Source: an uncultured Erysipelotrichaceae bacterium
GTDB taxonomy: Bacteria; Bacillota_I; Bacilli_A; RF39; UBA660
Length of the DNA stretch: 32,337 nt
Assembly: GCA_902773365.1 (NCBI GenBank)
Contig: CACYEG010000033.1
Location: 1 to 32,337 of the forward strand
Direction: 5' to 3'
The notes beneath the pieces were generated by a model. The model had not been told where the DNA came from. It saw only the letters and a program-made list of their open reading frames with translations, and made no database searches. Shown piece by piece: positions 25,449-32,337 of the stretch. A program made the position numbers and the translations under genes. Positions within the stretch are counted from its first letter, which is position 1. Each line of letters starts with the position of its first letter.

Positions 25449-27734
25449 TCAATTAAACACTTCTTTGTAAACTTCTGTAAAGTTAGAAACACATACCACA
25501 TCGATAACATTTAGCACTTTCTTAGGAATATCGATTAAATCCTGTTCGTTATCTTTGGGAATAAAGATCATTTTTATTCCGGCATTATATGAGCTTATTA
25601 TCTTTTCTTTTATTCCGCCGACAGGAAGGATTTTTCCTTCGAGACTTATCTCACCAGTAAAGGCGAGTTCTTGTGAAATCACTTTATTAGTTAAAGTGCT
25701 AAGTAGCGCAACAACTATTGCAAGTCCTGCACTTGGTCCTTCTTTTTTTGTTGCTCCATCGAGAGCGTGTATGTGAATTGTTCCAGACAATTTCTTGATA
25801 TCCAATTTAAAAGTTTTTGCATTTGCTTTAATGTAGCTGTCAGCTATTATGATACTTTCCTTCATCACTTCCCCTAAAGAACCAGTAGATAATACTTGAT
25901 TAGGACCATCATATATAACGCTTTCGATATTTAAAACACAACCACCGTATTCGCCAACTGCAGGTACATTTACTATTCCACTTTTATGATAATCATAGAA
26001 AGATGTCGAGTATTTTGGAATTCCAAGATATTTCACGATATCTTTATCATTTATCGTCGTAGTTTTAAAAGTATTTTTTATGAGAATTTTTCTAACTATT
26101 GAACAAATATGTCTTTCTAAATCTCTAACACCCGGCTCTTTTGTATAACACTCTATTATTTTTATAATAGCTTTATCTGTAATGGAAATCATCTTATAGT
26201 CAAAATCGTACTCTTTACCAAGTCTTGGCAAAGTATAATTTTTTGCAATCTCTAACTTGTCAAAAAGAGTATAACTATGTACATCGATAAGTTCAAGCCT
26301 ATCTAAAAGAGGCAAAGGTATTCCAGTTTTTTCATTTGCAGTTAAAATGAATAGAACATTACTTAAATCAAATGGCTCTGCAACATAGTTATCAATAAAC
26401 TCTCTATTTTGGTTGGGATCTAATATATCGAGTAATACACTAGCCGGATCGCCACGATAGTCTTTGATCATTTTATCTACTTCATCTATTAGAATTATAG
26501 GATTATTTACACCGGATTTTTTAATGCCCTCTATTATTTTACCAGGAGCAGCACCAATATAAGTTCTTCTATGACCGATAAGCTCTCCAGAATCACTCAA
26601 GCCACCAACACTAATTTTAATAAATTCTCTACCAATAGATTTGGCAAGTTCTCTTGCAAATGTCGTTTTACCTGTTCCTGGAGGACCAACTAAACACAAA
26701 ACCGGGCTAGCCACTTTTCTTTTCTGGGATTTCAAAATTAAATATTCTTCTATTCTATCTTTTGCTTTTTCTAATCCATAATGAGTTTCATTTAAGCTTT
26801 TATCTATTTCTTCAATATTCTTATTATCGATTGTCTTTTTATTCCAAGGCAAGCTTACAATGAAGTCTAAATGAGCTTTAACTATTCCATATTCAGGTGA
26901 ACTATCGACCGTGGAAAGCAATCTGTCTACTTCAATTAGCATGTCACCCTTAATTCTACTATCGATTTTTAAAGAATTTATTTTTTGTTTATATTGTTCA
27001 CACTCTGTTAAGCGATCTTTGCCACTTAGTTGTTTAGAAAGTACATTGATTTTTTCTTTAATTAATATTTCTTTTTCATTAGATTCAAAATTGGATCTTA
27101 TTTCTTCATCTAATTGTTGATCAAGCTCTAAATCACTTATTTCACTGTTGATTATCTGAATCAGTTTTTTAGCTCGTTCAAAATAATCATCTTCGACTAA
27201 GAGTATCCATCTTTCCTTATATGTAGATAAAATAGTTGCCGATATAATATCGCACATTTTCCCCAAACTCGAAGGATTTTTTATTAAATCTAAAATTGTA
27301 TTTGAAACTGTAGGAGAAAGTGATACATATTTTTTGACTACTTTTTGAAGTTTTTTAATATATAGTTTTTCTTCATCTAGATTGTATATATGACTACTGA
27401 TAGATGCAAATTCTGCTTCTATAAAATCACCGGCATTGTGGTATTTTAATACTTCAGTCCTTTTGATTCCCCTAATATTAATACGTACATTATCATTAGG
27501 CAATAAAATTTTGCTTTTTATTTTAGCATATGTAGCTACTCGTGGCAAATCTTTAATAGATGGCCTTATTTCAAGCTCGTCTTTAGGACTAACTATCAAA
27601 AGTTCACTATTATATCCACTTATTGCTTCATCAACAATTTTTTTTGATAATTCGTTTTTAAGTTCTAACCTTACTTCCTCATTAGGAAATAAAACGAGGT
27701 TCTGAAGTATAAGAATTAATCTATTATTTTTCAA
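25449..27734 (-). CDS. lon: ATP-dependent Lon protease (LonA type)
   Basis: N-terminal LON domain, Walker A GPPGTGKTT, Walker B ILIDEVDK, proteolytic Ser in EGPSAGLA and Lys in GGIKEKI. The start is apparently a TTG at 27734 with GAGGTG 8 nt upstream. No in-frame ATG is nearby. Confidence 0.95.
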   Translation of the reverse strand: MKNNRLILILQNLVLFPNEEVRLELKNELSKKIVDEAISGYNSELLIVSPKDELEIRPSIKDLPRVATYAKIKSKILLPNDNVRINIRGIKRTEVLKYHNAGDFIEAEFASISSHIYNLDEEKLYIKKLQKVVKKYVSLSPTVSNTILDLIKNPSSLGKMCDIISATILSTYKERWILLVEDDYFERAKKLIQIINSEISDLELDQQLDEEIRSNFESNEKEILIKEKINVLSKQLSGKDRLTECEQYKQKINSLKIDSRIKGDMLIEVDRLLSTVDSSPEYGIVKAHLDFIVSLPWNKKTIDNKNIEEIDKSLNETHYGLEKAKDRIEEYLILKSQKRKVASPVLCLVGPPGTGKTTFARELAKSIGREFIKISVGGLSDSGELIGHRRTYIGAAPGKIIEGIKKSGVNNPIILIDEVDKMIKDYRGDPASVLLDILDPNQNREFIDNYVAEPFDLSNVLFILTANEKTGIPLPLLDRLELIDVHSYTLFDKLEIAKNYTLPRLGKEYDFDYKMISITDKAIIKIIECYTKEPGVRDLERHICSIVRKILIKNTFKTTTINDKDIVKYLGIPKYSTSFYDYHKSGIVNVPAVGEYGGCVLNIESVIYDGPNQVLSTGSLGEVMKESIIIADSYIKANAKTFKLDIKKLSGTIHIHALDGATKKEGPSAGLAIVVALLSTLTNKVISQELAFTGEISLEGKILPVGGIKEKIISSYNAGIKMIFIPKDNEQDLIDIPKKVLNVIDVVCVSNFTEVYKEVFN

Positions 27735-27761
27735 AATGCCATCACCTCGTTAGTGGTTTTT

Positions 27762-27790
27762 ATTATAATTAAACGAATATAAAAAGTAAA
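27762..27790 (-). promoter_or_regulatory. possible sigma-A promoter for lon
   Basis: The minus strand reads TTTACT, 17 nt, TATAAT. The -35 is at 27785-27790 and the -10 at 27762-27767. Confidence 0.4.
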
Positions 27791-27801
27791 CTAAAAATTG
27801 A

Positions 27802-27846
27802 TTTTTTGAGTATTTTTTTATAAAAAAAATACTCAAAAAAGAGTAT
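27802..27846 (-). terminator. terminator complex after dgkA (two mutually exclusive AU-rich hairpins)
   Basis: Minus RNA right after the dgkA stop reads AUACUC-U6-GAGUAU followed by U7, a classic but weak terminator (27829-27846 plus tract). The same GAGUAU-U7 can instead pair with A7-UACUC (27808-27820) in a ~12-13-bp hairpin. The whole region is a near-perfect palindrome flanked by A6/T6. Confidence 0.55.
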
Positions 27847-27847
27847 G

Positions 27848-28243
27848 TTATTTTATTAGCTCAATAACCTTTGGAATAAATATTACTCCACTTATTATTA
27901 TTGCTATTATTGTTGCTACATAAGTCGCACCACTTCCACAGTCTTTAGCAATTTTAGCTAGAGGATTGAATTCAAGTGTAACCATATCTACAACTGCTTC
28001 AATCGCAGTGTTAAGTAACTCAATTGAAAGTATGGCACCCAAGGCAATTAGTAGTATGCTCCATTCAGATAGGGAGATTTTAAATACTATTCCCAAAATT
28101 ATTGCCAATATCGATAGTATGCCATGCAATTGTAAACTCATTTCATTTTTATAACCGTAAATGATACCTTCAAATGAATATTTTGTGCTGTAGATAAAAT
28201 GCGTAATTCCTTTATATTTGCTTTTATTTCTCAATGTTTGCAT
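27848..28243 (-). CDS. dgkA: diacylglycerol/undecaprenol kinase (DgkA family)
   Basis: 131 aa with 3 TM helices and the LLNTAIEAVVDMV motif. It overlaps the ybeY stop by 20 nt, as in the Bacillus ybeY-dgkA arrangement. Confidence 0.9.
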   Translation of the reverse strand: MQTLRNKSKYKGITHFIYSTKYSFEGIIYGYKNEMSLQLHGILSILAIILGIVFKISLSEWSILLIALGAILSIELLNTAIEAVVDMVTLEFNPLAKIAKDCGSGATYVATIIAIIISGVIFIPKVIELIK

Positions 28244-28658
28244 CTTTTAATACCTCTTTCTGTAGTCCGAACATTTCTTCTTCACTTTTCTTATCCTGGT
28301 GGTCATATCCTAAAAGATGTAGTAAACCATGTATCACAAGAAACGATAGTTCTCTTTTTTCACTATGTTTATACTCTGCTGCTTGACTTTTCATTTTAGG
28401 AATAGATATAAATATATCTCCAAGTAAATTAACTTCTTCTAAAATGGTCTCTCCATCATTTAATGCAAATGATAATACATCTGTTGTACGATCTATTCCT
28501 CTATATTTTAAATTCATTTCATGCATTTTTTCATCGTCGATAAACGTTATAGAAAAAGCACCATCTATTTTTAATTTTTTAATTGCTAATTCTAGAAGAC
28601 TATCTAAATAAGAATAATCTTTATAACCATATTCATCTATAATACTATACAATTTCAT
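28224..28658 (-). CDS. ybeY: rRNA maturation endoribonuclease YbeY
   Basis: The HGLLHLLGYDH zinc-binding motif and a typical ~145-aa size. ATG at 28658 (MKLYSII...) with GGAGG at 28669-28673. Confidence 0.93.
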   Translation of the reverse strand: MKLYSIIDEYGYKDYSYLDSLLELAIKKLKIDGAFSITFIDDEKMHEMNLKYRGIDRTTDVLSFALNDGETILEEVNLLGDIFISIPKMKSQAAEYKHSEKRELSFLVIHGLLHLLGYDHQDKKSEEEMFGLQKEVLKDANIEK

Positions 28659-29272
28659 AGTGGAATTACCTCCCATAAATTAAATATCGAAAGTATTATA
28701 AGAATTATAATTATTATAGTCAATATATTATAGACTATATCTTTTTGTAAAAATGATGGTAAGTGATGTTTGATTGCAGATAACCCAATATACAGAAAAT
28801 AGCCGCATATTCCACCAACACAGTTTAAAATAATATCATCGATATCGAAGCTTCTACCAATGAATAATTGTACTAACTCAATAGTTAAACTTGATATAAA
28901 AGTCGCAATCAGTGGTTTACTAACCTTTTTAGAATCTAGTACTAGACTTATAATGAAGCCAAATGGTATAAATATCAATATGTTACCTATGATATTCCAC
29001 ATAAAATGTTTACTTCCCCAAGTATATCTTAATATTTCTCTAAAAGGCATAAAGTTGTTACCGACACTTTGTACATCTGTATTAGTTACCATTCCAAATA
29101 AAAGTAAAATATATATTTGAAATAAAAGTGTAAAAAACTCTTTATATAGAACGAATTTTTCTTTTTTTTCTAAGATATACATAATTCTAATGGTTGTTAC
29201 TATAACCATGAATATAACTAACATAGGCCAAATACCATCTATTATGGTAAAAAATTCTTTAGGAAGTTCCAT
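28655..29272 (-). CDS. VanZ-like family membrane protein
   Basis: 205 aa with 5-6 TM helices and a VanZ-like pattern (FMPFREIL, NIIGNILIFIPFGF, ELVQLFIGRSFDIDDIILNCVGGICGY). Confidence 0.8.
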   Translation of the reverse strand: MELPKEFFTIIDGIWPMLVIFMVIVTTIRIMYILEKKEKFVLYKEFFTLLFQIYILLLFGMVTNTDVQSVGNNFMPFREILRYTWGSKHFMWNIIGNILIFIPFGFIISLVLDSKKVSKPLIATFISSLTIELVQLFIGRSFDIDDIILNCVGGICGYFLYIGLSAIKHHLPSFLQKDIVYNILTIIIIILIILSIFNLWEVIPL

Positions 29273-30410
29273 TTTCTTGCATCCTTTCGAGTGGTATTTC
29301 TCTTTCTACCCGTTCGCCGATAGGCTCTTTAATAGAATAAAAAATATCCATAACAATTATACTATCATACTCGACACTTTGCAAAACTTTTTCAAAAATT
29401 ATAGTTCCTTTATCTCCTATTTTTTCTTTTATCTTTTTTCTGGCTTGTTTTAATGCAACTTTCGTAAGTTCTTCGCTTGTATAATTTTGGGTTGCTTCTA
29501 CATATTCCTGCTCTAAAACTTTATAAATTTTGAATTCACCAATTTTTATTAATTTTCTCTTAATGATGTCATACTTTTTAAAATGGCTTTTAAATATAGT
29601 TTTTTCATTATCTTTATATCCTATAGAAAAATTTACTTTTTTATTGTCAGTATATCTTTTTATAGTATGTAAGCTTGGTATTTTTATATTGACAGTATAC
29701 CAAGTGTTTCCAAATATCTCTCCCTCAGCGCAGGTATATGCTTTTGTTTCTTCGTTAAATTTTATCTCTCCATTTATTAGTGTACTACCCTTTTTAACAA
29801 AATCGTTTATATCTACATTTGCTTGTCCTCTATAGATGGCGCTATTTAATATTACTGCATCTTTAGTGCTGATTATATCACAAAACTTACTTTCTTTTTT
29901 GGTTGAAACTTTTTCTCGTTTTTCTACTCGCACTGTATATTTCATTCCATCATCTATTATTTCTAACCATTCAATTTTATCCTTATTGTTATTTTTTATT
30001 TTAGTCTTTATATTTTGAATATCTTGAAAACTTTTTTTAATCATAAATTGATGAATTCCATTATTTTCTAACTCTTCATATAAAAGGTCCCTTATTTCTT
30101 TTTCGTTATGTAGTACATCTATTTCTAATATGACATGAGATAATAGAAACATCTCTATTATTGATATAATAATGCCTATTATAAAATACTTGCATCTTTT
30201 AATTCCATATAGATATCGCTTAATTCCTGAAAAGCTTAATATTTTAATATCAAATGGTATTTTTTCTATATCTTTGTTACTTATTGTATAAACATTACCC
30301 TTCGAAGTGGCTTTAATGTTATATATATTAATTTTTCTATTTAACAAAAAATTAATAACGTGCCTTGAATCATCTAGGATAAGTATGTCGACTTTATTCA
30401 TGGAATTCAT
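29259..30410 (-). CDS. yqfD: sporulation protein YqfD-like
   Basis: ~380 aa with a central TM (YFIIGIIISIIEMFLLSHVIL). Alignable by eye to B. subtilis YqfD, including the GE-x-GNTWY motif (GEIFGNTWYTV versus GETWY). It sits directly after a yqfC-like gene. The start is either 30410 or 30401. Confidence 0.8.
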   Translation of the reverse strand: MNSMNKVDILILDDSRHVINFLLNRKINIYNIKATSKGNVYTISNKDIEKIPFDIKILSFSGIKRYLYGIKRCKYFIIGIIISIIEMFLLSHVILEIDVLHNEKEIRDLLYEELENNGIHQFMIKKSFQDIQNIKTKIKNNNKDKIEWLEIIDDGMKYTVRVEKREKVSTKKESKFCDIISTKDAVILNSAIYRGQANVDINDFVKKGSTLINGEIKFNEETKAYTCAEGEIFGNTWYTVNIKIPSLHTIKRYTDNKKVNFSIGYKDNEKTIFKSHFKKYDIIKRKLIKIGEFKIYKVLEQEYVEATQNYTSEELTKVALKQARKKIKEKIGDKGTIIFEKVLQSVEYDSIIVMDIFYSIKEPIGERVEREIPLERMQENGTS

Positions 30411-30693
30411 TCTTTTCTATAGAATTGATTGTACCACTAAGTAATACTTCTTCTTTTGTTATTTTCGATATAGACAAATTTATTCCTTTAATAGTTATCT
30501 CTAAATCATTGGATATTTCGAAACAGACTTTGTTATCTAAAAATTTTTTTAAATTCCCATATTTATAAATATATAGATTATTATCATAGAAACAAATAAC
30601 ATAATTTTTATCATACAGGTAGTTGATAATATTATCTCTTATATGCAAAACAATCACCCATAAAATATATGATTTAAAAGACAAAAAAAGCAT
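30394..30693 (-). CDS. yqfC: sporulation protein YqfC-like
   Basis: Small protein whose C-terminal half (LEITIKGINLSISKITKEEVLLSGTINSIEKNE) parallels B. subtilis YqfC (LLVKGKNFVIKTILPEEILLEGKIEQV). It is positioned upstream of yqfD. The start is uncertain: the ATG at 30693 has no SD, and an internal TTG with a GGGTGA SD is possible. Confidence 0.6.
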   Translation of the reverse strand: MLFLSFKSYILWVIVLHIRDNIINYLYDKNYVICFYDNNLYIYKYGNLKKFLDNKVCFEISNDLEITIKGINLSISKITKEEVLLSGTINSIEKNEFHE

Positions 30694-30701
30694 AAGATTA
30701 C

Positions 30702-31766
30702 TTACGCTTTAACTCTTGATTTAACTAATTGGTATATAAACCCTACACCATATAATAGGAAAAGAATTGTAATAAATGATCCAACATATGGAATCAAGTC
30801 TATTAACTTAATAACAACTACACTAATTAAAAGACTTATGTATGGGCTCATATTCTTCGAATATTTACTAATAAGTTTATTTATGACTATGTATGCAGCG
30901 ATTCCACTTGATATATAACAAATTATTGCGTAAAGCGAGATAACAATTAAACTAAGTGGCGCTAATATACCAGTACATAATGTAAATAAAGCAATTATAG
31001 GAATTGCGATTAACACAAATAATCCTTTTGCTATAGTTTTTAAACTTTCCTCTACTTTTAAAGGTTCTTTTTCCAATTTTGTTTTGAATTTTGGTAAAAC
31101 CGAAATAAGAATTGCCAAAACTACAAATAATGAAATAGAACTTTTAATGGCATTTAATATTCTTTGCCATAAAGATATTTTTTCGATATTGCTACTCTCT
31201 TTTTCAACAATTTTGCCTATAGTAGCTTCATTTTTACCTTCAATTACTGTATAATCAAAACATGTAATTTTACCTTCGATAGTTGTATTTTTATCGACTA
31301 ATACTTCATTTGCATTAGCGTAGACATTACCATTTATTGTAATTCCTCTAATATCTAAAGTATCACCGACAAAGCGAATGTTTCTAGCACCTGATGCGTT
31401 AATTTTCATATTACTTACAAATGCATAGATATCTCTGTTAATTTCTGCGTCGCTAGAAATATTTGCACTATTTCCAAGAACAACTAAGTCTTTTTCAATT
31501 TTCGATTCTATTGTTATAACATTACCTACGTATAAAGCATATGGAGCGCTTCCTTTAATATTAGCATTATTGGCAGCGATTATAGAAATCCCATCCACAT
31601 CTTCTTCACTAGTGACATTATTACCTGCTATAACTCGAGAGGAATCAACTGTCCCCTTCTCGTTTAAATCCTTATCAAATTTAAATACCCCTTTTGCCTG
31701 TACACCACTTATTACTAAAAAAGAGCAAATAAGTGTACACATAACCTTAACAATTATCTTCTTCAT
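30702..31766 (-). CDS. exported beta-helix-repeat protein with C-terminal multi-TM anchor (bactofilin/DUF4097-like repeats, unverified)
   Basis: Signal peptide MKKIIVKVMCTLICSFLVISGVQA. About 170 aa of degenerate short repeats rich in N/G/I/V follow (IAGNNVTS, IKGSAPYALYVGNVITIES, VVLGNSANISSDAEINRDIY, VGDTLDIRGITINGNVYANA). About 4 C-terminal TM helices close the protein. GGAGG lies upstream of the ATG. Confidence 0.7.
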   Translation of the reverse strand: MKKIIVKVMCTLICSFLVISGVQAKGVFKFDKDLNEKGTVDSSRVIAGNNVTSEEDVDGISIIAANNANIKGSAPYALYVGNVITIESKIEKDLVVLGNSANISSDAEINRDIYAFVSNMKINASGARNIRFVGDTLDIRGITINGNVYANANEVLVDKNTTIEGKITCFDYTVIEGKNEATIGKIVEKESSNIEKISLWQRILNAIKSSISLFVVLAILISVLPKFKTKLEKEPLKVEESLKTIAKGLFVLIAIPIIALFTLCTGILAPLSLIVISLYAIICYISSGIAAYIVINKLISKYSKNMSPYISLLISVVVIKLIDLIPYVGSFITILFLLYGVGFIYQLVKSRVKA

Positions 31767-31792
31767 AAATCCTCCTATAGAAATTTTATCAT

Positions 31793-32337
31793 TTAATTTA
31801 TTTTTTTACCACTATTTTTTAAAGCAACATCATATATATTTTGTGCAATTTTGACTACGTGACTTTCATCATATTGTGAAGCCCGATTAACCAATTCTTT
31901 TTTATCATATTTTTTATAATTTTCGTATACATATTTAATCGCATTTGCCATGTCAGCTGAATCGTTAACTTTACAAATAATGCCTGTCTTACTATCTATA
32001 TACTCGCTTGGTCCTTTGCAATCGGTCGATATTACTGGAAGTCCAGCAGCCATAGCCTCGATACCAGGTATTGCAAAGCTTTCTAGTTCGCTACTTATTA
32101 TAAGAGCATGAACGGTATCGAATATTTTACTTATTTCCTCTTTGCTTTTCCTACCCCAGAATGTAACGTAAGCACTTACTCCCTCTTCTTTAGCAGCTTT
32201 TTTATATATATCTTCATAATATCCATCGCCTACTACATCATAGTGAATATTCATTCCATCATCTATAAGCTTTTTAATTGCTCTAAAAGCTACATCCAAA
32301 TTCTTTCCCTCTCTTAAAGCACAGACAGTAGCTAAAT
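31793..32337 (-). CDS. GT4-family glycosyltransferase, C-terminal part (5' end beyond the right edge)
   Basis: Glycos_transf_1 pattern with E-x7-E (SELESFAIPGIEAMAAGLPVISTD). The frame is open upstream of the ORF-track TTG out to base 32337 (...LATVCALREGKNLDVAF...), so the gene is truncated by the window edge. Confidence 0.85.
   Translation of the reverse strand, partial: LATVCALREGKNLDVAFRAIKKLIDDGMNIHYDVVGDGYYEDIYKKAAKEEGVSAYVTFWGRKSKEEISKIFDTVHALIISSELESFAIPGIEAMAAGLPVISTDCKGPSEYIDSKTGIICKVNDSADMANAIKYVYENYKKYDKKELVNRASQYDESHVVKIAQNIYDVALKNSGKKIN

Noticed and set aside
27735-27800. Stress or metal regulator operators: CIRCE or CtsR boxes upstream of lon, a LexA/SOS box upstream of uvrC (19239-19311), and a Zur box upstream of the ZIP transporter (19669-19724).
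   Set aside because: I scanned these spacers by eye for TTAGCACTC-N9-GAGTGCTAA, GGTCAAA repeats, GAAC-N4-GTTC and TCGTAAT-N-ATTACGA-like palindromes and found no convincing match.
436-32317. The many 60-135-aa plus-strand ORFs in the track that lie antisense inside long minus-strand genes (for example 436..624, 4984..5232, 5006..5215, 13620..14027, 14340..14606, 16943..17281, 29530..29835), plus the minus-strand 23214..23420 inside fmt.
   Set aside because: Each is fully embedded in a well-supported gene on the other strand or in another frame. Their translations are low-complexity (Ser/Ile/Leu/Phe-rich), as expected for shadow frames of AT-rich coding DNA. None has a convincing SD or a recognisable motif.
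1-32337. A mobile element, prophage, CRISPR array or known defence system somewhere in the window.
   Set aside because: I found no transposase, integrase or recombinase, no terminal inverted or direct repeats, no repeat-spacer arrays, and no nuclease, helicase or methylase gene combinations. Apart from the 3.4-8.8 kb module, the gene content is housekeeping.

Overview
This is an AT-rich chromosomal segment from a Bacillota (Firmicutes) organism. No lineage call is possible without a database search. Almost every gene is on the minus strand. Most of the content is housekeeping. In minus-strand transcription order it reads: a partial GT4 glycosyltransferase, an exported beta-helix membrane protein, yqfC-yqfD-(VanZ-like)-ybeY-dgkA, lon, an LCP-family ligase and fmt. 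These are followed by an AI-2E transporter flanked by two orphan membrane proteins, a plus-strand YigZ-like gene and ZIP transporter, uvrC, an acidic coiled-coil protein, ftsA-ftsZ, a YugP-like Zn-peptidase with a BmrC/BmrD-like heterodimeric ABC exporter, and finally a class B PBP with mraY. I found no rRNA, tRNA, CRISPR array, transposase, integrase or phage genes. The main candidate for an undescribed system is a self-contained four-gene module at about 3.4-8.8 kb, between the ABC operon and PBP-mraY. It encodes a small TasA/camelysin-like secreted protein, and an ER/archaeal-type (SipW-like) signal peptidase I fused behind about 8 extra TM helices. It also encodes a bitopic membrane protein and an 839-aa secreted protein. 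The 839-aa protein shares the small protein's unusual signal-peptide/N-terminal block (GFAFSD-xx-LTI-x-GG-x-T) and contains a Hedgehog/intein-type Hint autoprocessing domain followed by an unknown C-terminal module. All family assignments come from motifs read by eye. No HMM or BLAST searches could be run.
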